Shown here one piece after another: positions 13,615-26,401 of a stretch of 64,000 bases of DNA. The DNA lies in the NCBI RefSeq assembly GCF_001949145.1, contig NW_019091356.1, positions 3,640,934-3,704,933 of the forward strand. The letters run 5' to 3'. The position numbers and the translations under genes were made by a program. Origin of the DNA: Acanthaster planci. Lineage: Eukaryota. Within the stretch, counting starts at the first letter, position 1. Each line of letters opens with the position of its first letter. Under the pieces are notes generated by a model. The model was not told where the DNA came from. It saw only the letters and a list, made by a program, of their open reading frames with translations, and ran no database searches.

Positions 13615-14559
13615 TCCAAAATTAAGTGAATAAACTTGTTTTATTTTGATACACTGTTCCATTGTTCCACTGTCATAAAATACCTTTTGTATAAATGCCG
13701 TAATAAAAATGATTCAAATAAAACACAAAATCTTCTAATAAACAACTTGGCTATTTATTCCCAAAATAACTCCAATTGAAAGCGTTCGATACGGGCAATA
13801 ACTGCACATGAACACTTCGGGAACACAGCCTAGTTTGATGTTATCAGATCATACCAAACACCAACGATGGCATGAATATTCAACTTCGTATACTGCGAGT
13901 TTTAAGGATGCAGATTACCAGCGAGAAATTGCGGCGATGATCATTGGGTACAAAGGGGGCTTATGGTTGCGAAACAGGTGGTGAGTAGCAAGCACTCGCT
14001 GCGCTCTGGCTATGGACGTACCAGGCATGCCAGAAAGCGGTAATTGGCCGAGTTATAGCCCGGGCAGTTCAAACTCCTTTTGCGTCTTTCCTCCATGTTG
14101 TGACAAAAAGCCAAGAACAGTGCCCTCCAACCAAACATGTTTAGTAAGGAGATCTCAAAAGTTGGTATCCAAATACTTATTTTGTTCACAATTGCTTTAT
14201 TTCATTAATGGTAAAAATGCAACTTGGCTATCAAGCTACTAGATCTATAAAGAAATTGTCATCGGTCAAACATCTCGACCTGTACTGCATCAGTTCCATA
14301 AGGATTAATTCTAGGACCGACCCCTCTTTTTGGTCAACATAGATGACGCTGACAAAAGATTGTCCTAAACAGCCCTACTTGCTTCTACACGTGCTGATTT
14401 TCCTATTTACTGTCTTCGAGGCGAAGAGAATGTCACTGTGTCTCTAAGAGAAAATCTGCAGGTTTCTGAAATGGGAGGAAAAGTGCAAAGTGATGTGCCT
14501 CGGCAGACGGCCACCTGGCCTTCCAGAGTTATTCTTGGATGGCAAGGCACTGCAGAAAA

Positions 14560-14835
14560 GGTGATCATACTTGGTGTTCGGTTCTGCAAGAGCTTGGACT
14601 TAATGTATCCCCCCATTTGAGAGCTCCATCAAGATATAGGCCAAGTGCCTCGCTTATGAAAGATTTGACTTGGAAAGTTTGCCTTACAGGGTCAGTTCAG
14701 TGGGACAGAAAATGGTCACTGGTAACTCGCGCAGTGTGATCTTTCTTCACGCCACTTCCAGCTTTTGGAATTTTTGATTCCTGTTTGAAATGGTTTACTG
14801 GATGTCATTGCCTTGTTGGTCAACCCACGACAGCA
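14560..14835 (-). mobile_element. Possible highly decayed non-LTR retrotransposon RT fragment
   Basis: The minus-strand peptide VKSFISEALGLYLDGALKW resembles the LINE RT C-terminal motif KYLGxxLDxxLxW. It is interrupted by stops and frameshifts. Confidence 0.3.
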
Positions 14836-14950
14836 GGAAACAAAACCCTCTCTCAAGAGCACAAACTTTGTCTTAAGAATTGTTAGTCTGATATTTTCTG
14901 TTTTATAGTTTCCCCTATTACCTTTTAAAAATACAATTTATTCCTCTTAA

Positions 14951-15153
14951 AGGGGCCTTTCCCTGTGCGCGTCAGCACTTGCGCCAAGCGTTGCGTATCC
15001 GTCAAAATCGCTTTCGGGGCAATTTTGACGGCCGAAAGCAACGCACACGTGTTGCTTGTTAATGGAGTCGATTTTTGTGTCCGTGGAAGTGAAACGCATG
15101 AACGCATCGTGTACGCAACGCACCCCAAAAACGTACATAATGGAAAGGCGCCT
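14951..15153. mobile_element. MITE with TAA target-site duplication (PIF/Harbinger-like)
   Basis: TIRs AGGGGCCTTTCC / GGAAAGGCGCCT flanked by TAA on both sides, with internal repeated AACGCA/TGCGT motifs. Confidence 0.7.
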
Positions 15154-17777
15154 TAATGTTGCACTTTGCTATCTTAATGGTACAAGTGTGGGCACTGATT
15201 TTCAGTGTTTAAATTATTCGCAAAAACCTGGGTAACAAATTACCGAAAAAGAAAAGGCGCTTAGACAAGTTCACATTGAACCAGTCCAGTGCATTCACCT
15301 TCTCTAAATTGAAAACACACAAAGCCGTCAAAACTAAAATGTTGCCATTTTGCTGAGTTTAGGTTTTTTTTTTGGGGGGGGAGTGGGGCACTCATTGGGT
15401 CTGATAGAAATTGTAATCAATACAAAGTTCTTTTTTATCCCTCCTAATAACATTATGGGGGGGGGGGGAATAAAGCATAGGCCTTGAGTACGAGGCCTAT
15501 GGCCCGTGCCCTATCCCCTGGTGACCCTGCTGAAAGGGACTGATGCACAGAGATGCTAACATTATAATGAATAGAATACACGCAGACAATTAGCCCGTGA
15601 AATCTTAACCAAAAAAAAAATAAAAAACACAGACCTTGGTCTCGGTCGCGCATTGCACTACAGAACAATACCATTCGAAAATCATAACCTTAAAAAAACG
15701 ACCTTGGAGTAACACCACCCCCATTATGCGCTAAACTGATACGCATTTTCCCACGTCCGGTTCACAAAAACGGGAACGCTCGGCGTAAAAGGGCCGTTTA
15801 CACGGGCTGACGGACCGGCGTGGTGTCGGGTACAACGGGGCCGCCGGTCAGCGGGGCGGTTAGACGCGCGTGGGGGCCGGCCAAGGTGCCGTCGGAAGGC
15901 CGTATATGCCGGGTCTCTGGATTTAGGTCTGTCTGGGAGCCCTCATCTATACCGAACCACCTGGGCCATCTTATTCACGGATTTGTTGAAGGAGGGCGCG
16001 TCTCACGATAATTTCGTCAGTACCTCGTTGTGGCACAGAAACCTAAATTAGGCCTACATCTTGAAATATAATATTAATTTCGAGTCCTTGTATTAAGTCC
16101 TTTTTGGATTAGGAAATCTTAACGATGGCAGGCGTGACCCTTTGATATACTTGCGAGATATGATCATCTAAAATTCATGCTCACAAAAGGCAATTTCGAT
16201 CCCTTGAAACTTATTTCGATAACATTCAGTATCTGAGGAGTTCATTATCGCACGTAAAAGTTGTTGGACAATGTCATCTTTAATTATGGAACTTTTTCAG
16301 AGCTAAATATACAAGACCCTGGTAAAACCCTGGATGTTTCTCAGGGTCGTGACCCTGGAGAAGGAACAGCGACCATGCAAGAAAGAAACCGTTACACCAG
16401 TGCCTCTGTCAAACAAGAGTTTGCAAAACCGCAAGTCCGAGACTTGTTAGGAAAGGCCTCGCAGATCGATCGACCGGGCACCGCAAAATCCGCGCCGGCC
16501 CTCGGCCAACAGAAGGCCCCGTTGTGCACGCTGGATCGATGGTATCGATTACGGGTCTCGCGGTGTTCGATCGCACCTCACTTGAGCCCAGCTCCCGCGG
16601 GAGGGATAGGCCCAGAGGGAATGGCGAAAAAACTTAAGGGTCTTTGGGAGGGGGGAATTTGAGCCTATTTCTACAGATTGTTAGGAATTGTACTGTGACA
16701 GGATTACCTTGGGATAGAAAGGGACAAAGTTTCGTGGGAAAAAAAGAGTTTGAGGATTTGAAGGGATTTGGTCCTTTTAAATTATTTGGCGGGAGGCCAA
16801 AATCGGTAATCAAGCGGATTTTTATCATTAGTGTGTAAGACGGTAATCAATTTTTGTCGAGGAAAGGGGTTTTTTTTGTCAGCGTGACACGATAAAACTG
16901 CAGTGCCTTCTAATCAGCCGAAGTTAGGGGACGCTCTGCAACTTCGTGTCAAGTACCAAACCACTCGAAGCTGAACTTGATCCGAATCAAATAGAGAGCT
17001 GAATGAGACTTTGCCGAACCAAATCAGTCGAACCAACCCCGGCCACGCCCAGTAGGAGGCACTAAACCAAACTGAGCCCAAATCAGACTGATCCGACCCA
17101 AAGACACGAGCAAAATCTGTTCCGACTATAATTAATATCGACTGAATGCGGTGAATCCGTCGAACCATTGCTTTGCCAGGAGAAGCAGATTTTTTGTTTC
17201 CCACAATAAAAATTTTCCTCCACTGCTTGCAATGCCAGGGATATTAAGCCGCCAGTCTGCAGCAAACAATTGCTTACGATGTACGACGGAGGGATAAAAA
17301 GGAATTACATATGTACTAATGGCTTTTAATCCTGGAAAAAAACAAATTTCAACGAATTCAGACTGCTTTAAGATTTTTTATTAATTTGGTATATATATGC
17401 AAGCTACAAAAATGCATAACAATGGCCTCAATTTGTTGATTTCGATGAAGCAACAAAAGTGTTGCAGCTCGCTACAACTTCGCCCGAAGACAATTTTGGC
17501 AGCGGAATGGTGCATCAATGACTTTTTGTATCACTAGTGTGTCTGATGTCGTTGGTGTTTGCAATCGGAACCATTTCCGATTTTCGAGATATTGGGTCGG
17601 CCCCTCTGGACTTTCGAATCAATCTAGCGGTGGGGTTGGGGTTGCACGGGGGGACGTGGGACACCCTTGTCCCCATCGTGTCCTCGGTGAGAACATGCCT
17701 GCTGTCTCGCACATGGTCTTTCCCACTCAAAAACATATCGCCGGTCCGACTTTTCCCATTCCTCATCCATGCCCCAG

Positions 17778-17833
17778 ATAGAGAGACAAGAGAAAGGAGA
17801 GAGAAAGAAAGAAAGAAAGGAAAGAAAGAAAAA
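17778..17833. repeat. Purine-rich (GAAA)n/GA microsatellite
   Basis: Run of GAGA/GAAA units. Confidence 0.8.
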
Positions 17834-20800
17834 ATCTCTCAAAACTGAGGCTTCGAAAATATTGATCCAAATCTGTTCGTGTGTAGTACGTGTATTGTGT
17901 GTGACATCGCAAACTGTTCGGTCTCACACGATCGGGACCGGCATATGGATTTTACGCGGGCGGATCTCACATTTATAAATAATTTAACAGGTGTGTGTGG
18001 CAGTTAAGGGGGAAAGAACAGGACGGCTCAGGGTGAATGTTTGTGTGAATGGACAGGGTAAAATCGAGGTGACCGTTATAGACAAAAAATCCCCGACCGT
18101 TAGAATCGGCGGGGCGAGCCACGGAAGATCGCCGAGCAAGTCCGGTCCATCATGGCAAGGGAATTCAGAGAGAGTTTGAAATAAAACGATGAAGGCCAGC
18201 GTCGGCTTTCATAACCAAGGATTAGTGGTCAAATGGCGTTATTTTGTGAAATTCACTTCAAAGGAACGCGTGCACGCTGACAATTTCAAGGTCAGCATTT
18301 CTCGCCAAGTTCTGCACGGACGCCAACGCAGAATAGATTTTTTTTTCACAGCAGCAATAGACATTGTTTACCGACCATCGGGGAATCTCTGACGAATTGC
18401 CATGGAATATAAGGGCAAATGAATCATTTGAAATGCAGCTTAGAAATTGCAGTGTAAACCAATTATGGTAATTGTCTCAGGTCTGTGGTTTCAGACACAT
18501 TAAGTGCGTTCCTCTTTTTTCCCCTAAAAACTTCAAACATCTGTTTAATTAAAATGGTAATATTTCGGAAAAATACAGTCAGTACAGTTTATGTTGTGAT
18601 CAACGACAGAGTATGTGACCTTTTAGTAATTCCCCCTTCCAATTGACATTTGTTTGTTTTTTTCTGGGACACGGTATAATTATTTATGAATTCTTAATTC
18701 TCACGGAGTTTGTTCTCACTTTGAAAATAAAACTGGATTTATAATTTTTGTTTCAATATACTTTGTGATTTTGTTCTGAAGAAATGCTGCATGAACCGTC
18801 CCCTCCCTTGTAAAATCATATTGAATTCAGATGATTTGGGAATGTTAGGGACAGCGTATTTTGGCTGAATTGCTTAAGTTTACAGTCACGTACAAACTAA
18901 ATAATAAATATAGCGGAATTAATTTGGAACCCCAGTCCATACTGTCCACCCGCGGGCTCACACAAAGACAGAATTCCGCCGAATAATATCCCCGAAATTT
19001 GTTCTCGATCTGAAGTAATCAATCTAGGCGTGCCGCGAGGGATCTGCGGGAAAAAACAACAACACAACAACGAAACATTCCTCGTTGGTTTAAACCAGTT
19101 CGCGTGGAAAACATAATCAAAGTACGCGAAATTAAAATTGATTAGTCTACGGTTGCTGGCACTCGTTCAACGCCGACGCCAAAAAAAATATTGAAGCTAC
19201 TGCTGTCCCAGATGCCAAGAATATCGATTATCTATTTGGGCTTGATCGTCCGTCGGCTTGCTTCAGCAAGTTTTAAAAATTTTTTAAAAACAAAACAAGG
19301 CATTCATGCATAGGAAGGGTAGGGTATAAGATTGGATGTTCAGTACTATAGATGGTTTGTGTGGTAGCCATATTGCAGGGCAGTTGTTTTCTTCCACAGG
19401 GAAACCTCCCTTGTGCCTACACTGTGGAACAAAACACTGGCCTGCAAGATGGCAGCCATGCAAATCCTCCACATCACTTGCAAAGTGAAGAAAAGATGTC
19501 TTTATAACACCAGCTTCGAATAAAAGTCGTTCGAATAGCGCTACCGAAATTCGTGGCGGAAAAGACAACACAAAAAAGAAAAGTTGACACGGGACGTGGG
19601 CTTAAGAAGTGGGGTACTATACATTTTAGATAACCGCCACACAGCATTTAAACTACATATCGGCTGCTTTGATAAAACAACGTGATGCATGACGTAGCTA
19701 CCCATTTCACTGATGAAATTACAAGTCAAGACGGCACGCTCGAAGGAACAATAACTAACAGACTGTATTCGCGGGGGGCTCACTTTCAGTCAGATTCCCC
19801 AACGCTGCGCAGTGTATTCATTTGAAAACGTTAAAATAACCAGGCTCTACATCTTGTCCTTTGCTCTTGTATTGTTTTGTTACATATGAAACCTAAAAGA
19901 ACTAGGGATTGGAATCCGCTCCGCTCAACGTTTTCCTGTTATCGTTGCCGTGCATTGTTTTTCACGCTCTGAACCTTCGAGATTTCTTTAGTAACTTCTT
20001 GTGGTCATTTTGATACCAATTTGGATAAAATCGGACATCTCATTGTCTCAAGGCGCCCGTTTTTCTGAGAGGGGTTAATAAATGTATGTTTTCCCACTGA
20101 CAAGCTTATTAATGCACGTGGGCGCGGGCTGACAGGAATGTGGCTGTGAATTTTAAAATGACCGCAAACAACAAACCATATGTTGGAGCAGTTGACACTT
20201 CATATTTCATATTGATATGCGTTTTGATATGCATGCTCTTTGAAACAGGAAAAAATCGGACTTGGGACAGCCGAGTTTTCAAAGGCGAAATCCAGCCCGG
20301 CTGTGAGATGGTCGAAAATAATTCGCCTCTTTTAGGGTTAATTGGGTTTTACTTTAGTTTTGTTTCTAGTTCTCCAGTATTAATTTGGAAATCGTTATTG
20401 CAGAGCCCCAAAGGAAAGCCAGCTTTCGCGGTTTGGGTCTATCCTGGATAAAATTAAGGAACGAATAAATTATAAAAATCTAAGCATGTTTGTTGTGGGA
20501 AGGAGTTTAAGAAAAAAACTACAGCTCACTGCAATTGGTTAAATTTATTGACAGGTTGAAAAAAAAATTGCTTTTCCTTTCACGAAGTTTTAGGTTTGCT
20601 TTTGATTTCAAAAGGCAAACACCAATCAAGTGCGCGTGGCGATTTCTTCGGGCCTTGTCCAGTTTCGAAAGTGGAAGATATAGGTCAAAATGAATTAATA
20701 ATATTTCACGGCTTACCAGCACGCGCCAGGTAGTCTGCGACCGACGGCTTCAATGAACCATGCTGAAAAATGACAGCGCCCCCTGCCGTCCCTCGCGAAC

Positions 20801-21887
20801 AGGCTTTCAGACGTCACGGGTAAAAAAAATACATGTATATGATAAAAGTAATATTGGTTTTTTTTTTTTTTTTTTGCACAAGAGCACTAATGCGAACGGT
20901 TTTCCACATATGTCAGTTATGCCTGGACAATTTTTTGTGTACGAAGTGACTGTTATTGGGCGCTGGCCAAACAAACCGACCGCCGTACCACTTCAGTGAG
21001 ACAAAAGCGATTTCTAATGTCCGGGTCAACCTACGGATGTGGACATCTGACGAGGTGTGAAATGAGAGGGGAAGAGGTCTCAAGGGAGGATGAATTTGTT
21101 AACGATTGGACCTAAATTTACACTGAGTTTTTGTGTGTGTTTTTTTTTCAACTACACAGCTTCAAATATCCGATTGGAAATTTGCCTTTTGTTTGTTCCA
21201 AGATAGAGGAATGACATCGTAAACTAACCCTCGTTGCTAAACAGTGCGTTCATTCTATTTAATATCCTGATTTCTTTCATTAAAGAATAGGAACCAGACA
21301 AAGGAATGTTCATGGTGGCCACCTTCCTGGGGGAATACTCACGCTTAAGTCAAAAGGCGTTGGTTCAACTTAGCAATGATGATTTGAGTCCAGCTACCTA
21401 CATATGCTGCAGGAGTAACAGGGAATGTTGCTGGCTCTGAATACGGTTTAATTTTGTCTTAATTTTCAGGTCACTTCAATCTATAAATGGACCTTTTGTT
21501 TATTATATCCGGATAATATTGATTAATGATTGTTTAAAAAAGATGATGACGATTTAAACAAAAAAATGATGATGTTCCAAAGCAGCACGAATGACTATTT
21601 TTTCGAAAACTTCATTTGAAATCTTTCCTGTTACTTTCACATGGCCAGTTATGTCGATCACTTCTCGTCTTTGGACACTTTTTTCATTTTCACGATTTCC
21701 ACAAAAATTCACGCCTTCGTTAACTTCTCCTGGCGATACCTAATTCAAATGAGAGTGATACTCCTGGGTTGTGTATGTACACTTTAGTTCCGGTCTGTTT
21801 AGTTCTGGTGGCTTCTAATCTAAACCATCTAAAACCATAATGCATTCATTTTTGTTATATAAATGCTGAATGACTCCACCATCGAAT

Positions 21888-21951
21888 CTGATTTTTTTTC
21901 AGAAAGTACAAGCCTGCCTGATTTTTTTTTTCAGAAAGTACAAGCCTGCCT
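21888..21951. repeat. Tandem duplication (about 30-32 bp x2)
   Basis: CTGA(T)nCAGAAAGTACAAGCCTGC occurs twice. Confidence 0.9.
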
Positions 21952-22179
21952 AATTTTGTGGCCAATTCATGTTGGACGAATTTCTTATTAATGTGAGCCG
22001 GTCTTTCAAAAATTCGAAGCCAGAAAAAATCACTTGAGTAATTGATAGCAAAATATGGCTGCAGTTACTCTGTACTTTCTTTCCGACTGTATATTCAACT
22101 TTTGTACACAACATCATCAACGACGGAGATGAAATAAATGGTCACTCGCTCACCATCTCCAACAGAATCACCCCCGATC

Positions 22180-22351
22180 ATTGGTCGCTGGGTGCATTAA
22201 TTATGCTAATAACAAACGATGGGCGTGTCCGGCCAGCGACTCGTAGACCGCACGAACGTTGGTCCAATCGATGGAAGTATAGGCACTTTGTATATAACTT
22301 TCCGCGCGTGTCCAACACAAGTCCACTAACCACTCTAAACTCTTGTGAGAA
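22180..22351 (+). promoter_or_regulatory. ptf1a core/proximal promoter
   Basis: TATATAA at 22291-22297 and CCAAT at 22264-22268 (overlapping an AATCGAT). There is an inverted CCAAT near 22180, an ATTAATTAT homeodomain-type palindrome near 22196, and TGTGAGAA (CSL) at 22344-22351. The TATA lies about 250 bp upstream of the ATG. Confidence 0.6.
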
Positions 22352-22544
22352 AGGAGGCGTCAGTGCGCTGCAACACTCTAACAACTTCTCCCCTTTTTTC
22401 TCTCACTGCCTCTCTCTCGGCCGAGCCACTCATGTCCCTGAGAAAAAAAAGTGAAGTAGCTTAACTATCGAATGCTGAGGTAATTGGTGCAGGAACAATC
22501 ACAAAACGCAGGCACACGCATTACCAAAGAGAGAGAGAACAAAA

Positions 22545-23007
22545 ATGTTTTGGGACGCAAACATGGAACACATTCCGCTTGAAAACCGGCCGCCCTCGTC
22601 CTTGTTCGGCGGCTACGAGCGAGCGCCGTTCGGTGATGTCATACCGGTGCATCATCAGCAGTACGGGCGGCGAGTCTCCCACGAGCACCACCACCAGCCC
22701 CACCACGACGGCGTGAAGAGGCGGCGAAGGAAGGCCAAGTGCCCCGTGCAGCAGATCCATCAGAGGCAGGCGGCCAATCTGCGGGAGCGGAAGAGAATGC
22801 AGTCCATCAACGACGCCTTCGAGGGCCTGCGGGAGCACATACCCACCCTGCCCTACGAGAAGAGGCTGTCAAAGGTGGACACCCTGAAGCTGGCTATTGG
22901 ATACATCAACTTCCTGGCTGAAATGGTCACGTCGGACGTCAACAGTTCGGACGGATCGCAGAACGGCGGCCAAGACCACCAGAAGAAAGTCATCATTTGC
23001 CACAGAG
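22545..23007 (+). CDS. ptf1a: Pancreas transcription factor 1a (bHLH), coding exon 1
   Basis: The ORF encodes [52 protein letters not shown] (PTF1A/Fer1-type bHLH) followed by the conserved KKVIICHRG. The donor is CACAGAG|GTAGGT at 23007/23008 (phase 1). Confidence 0.95.
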
Positions 23008-26000
23008 GTAGGTCCCACAATTTCATGTCGATACACGCAAGACAACCATTGTAAAGATGGTAAGATACCCAGGTCTCTTAATTAATTAAAATGCAAGAAT
23101 TGTGAACGTGACAAGGCAGTTAAGAGACGCCCTGGAATGTTTTATCTTGGTTGGTATCTTGTGTATATGACACTGTTCAGGTCAGGTCGACACCTTTGTG
23201 GTCAAAGGTGTCGACCTTTGTTCAAAACTTTTAAATGAAGATCGTTATGTAAGAGGAAAATCAATATTTTTCTCTTTAAGTTTACATTTCGGAACCCTTG
23301 CTGCACGATTTGCACAGTCGTTTGACAATCTGACTGTTCCAGAATCACAAATTATCTTGGCGGTGACACATTCATGTCGGAAACTTGAAGTGGTACCGAA
23401 AGATGCTTTCCAGCTCGAGATTAAGTTTGGCCCCTGACGTCTGACCATTCAAAGCTTTATCTGTTCAATTATTTTTTCCCTTCATTGCGAGTAACTGCCT
23501 AACTGCAGCGTCTTCATTAGAACTGCGAAAACCTACTAATATGCACACAAACTCAACACTATAGGGCTTTTGGTACTGTATTTTGAGCGCTGACTTTTTT
23601 CTCACGTTGTTACTGCCATCCACAAAATATTTTCCTTACTGTTCTACTCTAAATAAGCAACCTCCGTAGCTTACAAATGGCAATTACAAAGAAAGTTGTA
23701 ACTTTCTGCTTACAAAACAGGGTCTCAATACTTGAATAGTTCAAGCTATCATCAGTTTTCCTCCTAGATCAAATGACGAGGGGCTAATCTACCAACAGGA
23801 CGAAAGACGACAAGACAAACAACCATCTCAAGATGAAGTAGTTAGTCGCTTAATCATGACTTATTTAGGGCTACAACATCTTCGGTCATACAGACCGGAG
23901 CGTACCTGTCGTACCCTATTATGCGTCCCTAAGCGGACTACCAAAGCCATTAATACCCAAACACCGGCCAAACATCCACACAATACCAGCACCCTCTCCC
24001 CTGACATCGCCGGGCCCCTCTCCCCTTTCTGTTGCCCAGTCACCCCCCCCCCTTTTGATGTCAGCATGGGCCCTGTTAATCCCCCTCTCGCTGTTCACAT
24101 CAGGTGCTTCATGTTTTGGCAATAGTCTCCCCCTTAAGCAGGTCCCAATCGCAGGAGCCCGGGTGCTCGTCTGGGGTTCATGGGGGAGGGGTGCAAAGGA
24201 GCTTAACCCTCTCCGCCCAAACCCGACTCGCCAAACGCGGTGATGAGAATGGTTGGCTGGATGTACGTGAAAGACCCCATTAATCGGCATTAGTGAATTT
24301 TGAGGGGGGGTTCTTAAGCAGTGTGACGCACAGGCAGGAACTGCTGCGACGCTCTAAGTCGCATGTAGTACAACCATTGGAGTGAATGGCTTTTTTAGAG
24401 CCAGCCGAGGGATTTACATGAATCTTTAGATGTGACGAATCGAGAGTGAATTCGTGGTCAAGCGGGATTCACAACTGGACATTCGTTTGTGGATTTTGTT
24501 TATTGTGTCCCGGACGCCGACAATACCGGATATTGGTGTGGGCTCATGCACGCGCAAAATAAACAGACAAACGGTGGGGAGGGAAGTGTAATATGGTTTC
24601 TGTAGTTTATCCTGTTAAAACGCCACTTTTCCAATAAAAGTACAACTTCGCTCGATGTCATTTCGAGATTCTCTACATAAATGTGTTTCCCTACAAGCGA
24701 CTTTAAATATTACACACACAAAAAGATTCGAACCTGAAGCCTTTATTTACGCAAGTCATGCGCCTCATTAGTGATTTTGTAGATGCTTATCTTTCGAGAT
24801 TTCCAATCACTAATCTACCGGTCTGTCGCATGACAACACGGTGCAGCACCCATCTTTGCCAAATTGCAGGTTATTAAAACGTGCTGGTTGTCCAAGAGTT
24901 TTTCAAGTATCCCGCCAAATTGACCTTTCTATTTATCAAAGTCCTTACGAGTTTAACTTAAGCAAAGCCGAGGCCTTACGCGTACACGTGGCCACAGCGG
25001 TGTGTGTGACAGACCTCGTCAAATACACAAGTATAGTGCCCCCGAGTCAAGCGCAATCGGGTCGGCGTGGTCAGCGAGCCGCACACGGGCACCATGGTGG
25101 GTACTCGTGGCTCGAGAGCCCCGGGCCAGCCGCCAGAGCCAACCCGCTAAAGCCGGCCGACTGGGACCCATACCACGCCCCGCCAATTCCTCCGTGGGCT
25201 ATTTTTCCTTAAGTGGTTGGAGTCATTTTTGATTAGTAATAACTATTAGGTTGCAGGTGGACCCTTGGGTATTAGTGTCCGAACCCTTGGATTGTGTACA
25301 CGCCAATAATAACAATAATACACCAGTAACAAAACAAGATGAAGTTTATAACACGCTCGGGGCATGTAAATCTTTTCTTATTAATTTACACATCCCGTAT
25401 GGGATACGGTAGTCAATTCGTATTGTAAATTTCAAGTGAAAAACAGAGTATCCACTTCGACATTTTAGGACAAAGATTTTGTCACACAGGGGGCTTTTCC
25501 TGGCGAGAACACATATTGTTTTCAATAAAATGTTTAAGATAATATTGAACACTTTATGACACCAATTGGTTAGGTTTGGGAACCGACATTTACCAGTCCA
25601 ACATGCGATGGCTTTGGGCGGTTATTAATTGCCATTTATCCCAGTGTGAGTAACGCACGACTTAATTACACCGTACATTTTTTGCTGTTCAAAGTACATC
25701 ACGGTTGATGGCATTTTTAATTAATTACTTATGCCATTCGATTTGACGGCTCTTGTGCCACGTAACGATTTTTCCTTTAGAACTAGGCAGCAACATTGGT
25801 TAAGGTTGGTGGGTCTAAAAATGTATATGTACATATCTGCGCCAACGAAGTAGTTTACATTGGTGTGTTACATTTCTTAGATTTATCGTTGAGGGCGGTC
25901 TCAGTACACCTGAATTCAATGCACGCTTTCCCACAAACAGTGCTTTTAAAAAAATGCTTGTCCCTTTAAAAAAATTGGAAGTTGAATGAATTTACTTGGA

Positions 26001-26189
26001 AGCCACTTGATCAAATATGACCGAGCCACACAGCTGTATGTCACTGTGACACGAATAGAAAATTTATCATATACTTTTATCTTTCAAAAACAGAATTAAT
26101 CAGTCAAGAAAATCGACAAGAAGTGCACAGAATAAAATAAAGACATGGATAATTTAAAAAAAAATGATTTACCTGTTTTGTTGCTTCAG

Positions 26190-26401
26190 GTTCGCCATCA
26201 CCGTCAGAAATGGGTGGCCTTCAGCCACTGGCCGGACACTCCCTCTCCTGGGGTAGCGAGAAGAAGACTTCCCCTGGGCCCAACAACACGATGACGGCTA
26301 AGGTCTGGACACCCGAAGACCCACGGCAAGTCAAGTTCACGTCCCTGGACGCTGAAACGTCACTGGACAGTCACCTGGGCTCGCCACCCCTGGTGCTATA
26401 G
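26190..26401 (+). CDS. ptf1a: PTF1A coding exon 2 (C-terminal RBPJ-binding motifs)
   Basis: Acceptor ttttgttgcttcag|G is in phase with exon 1. The exon encodes SPSPSEMGGLQPLAGHSLSW...TAKVWTPEDPR, the PTF1A C1 (HSLSW) and C2 (VWTPEDPR) motifs, and ends in TAG at 26399-26401. Confidence 0.95.

Noticed and set aside
14283..14297. TACTGCATCAG match to the 5' end of miR-217
   Set aside because: Only 11 nt match and no precursor hairpin is evident.
17710..17726. CACATG-N3-TTTCCCAC as a second PTF1 composite site
   Set aside because: The E-box is non-preferred and the spacer is one base shorter than the one-turn pattern. It is kept only as a CSL site.
19330..19500. Cys/His-containing peptide (PLCLHCGTKHW) after an acceptor-like site
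   Set aside because: It is too short, has no partner exons and cannot be assigned to a family.
23008..23054. C-terminal tail of ORF 22545..23054 ([14 protein letters not shown])
   Set aside because: This is read-through into the intron. The conserved C-terminus is in exon 2.
24768..24815. ATTAGTGATT...AATCACTAAT inverted repeat in the ptf1a intron as a pre-miRNA
   Set aside because: Only about 10 bp pair, which is too short a stem.
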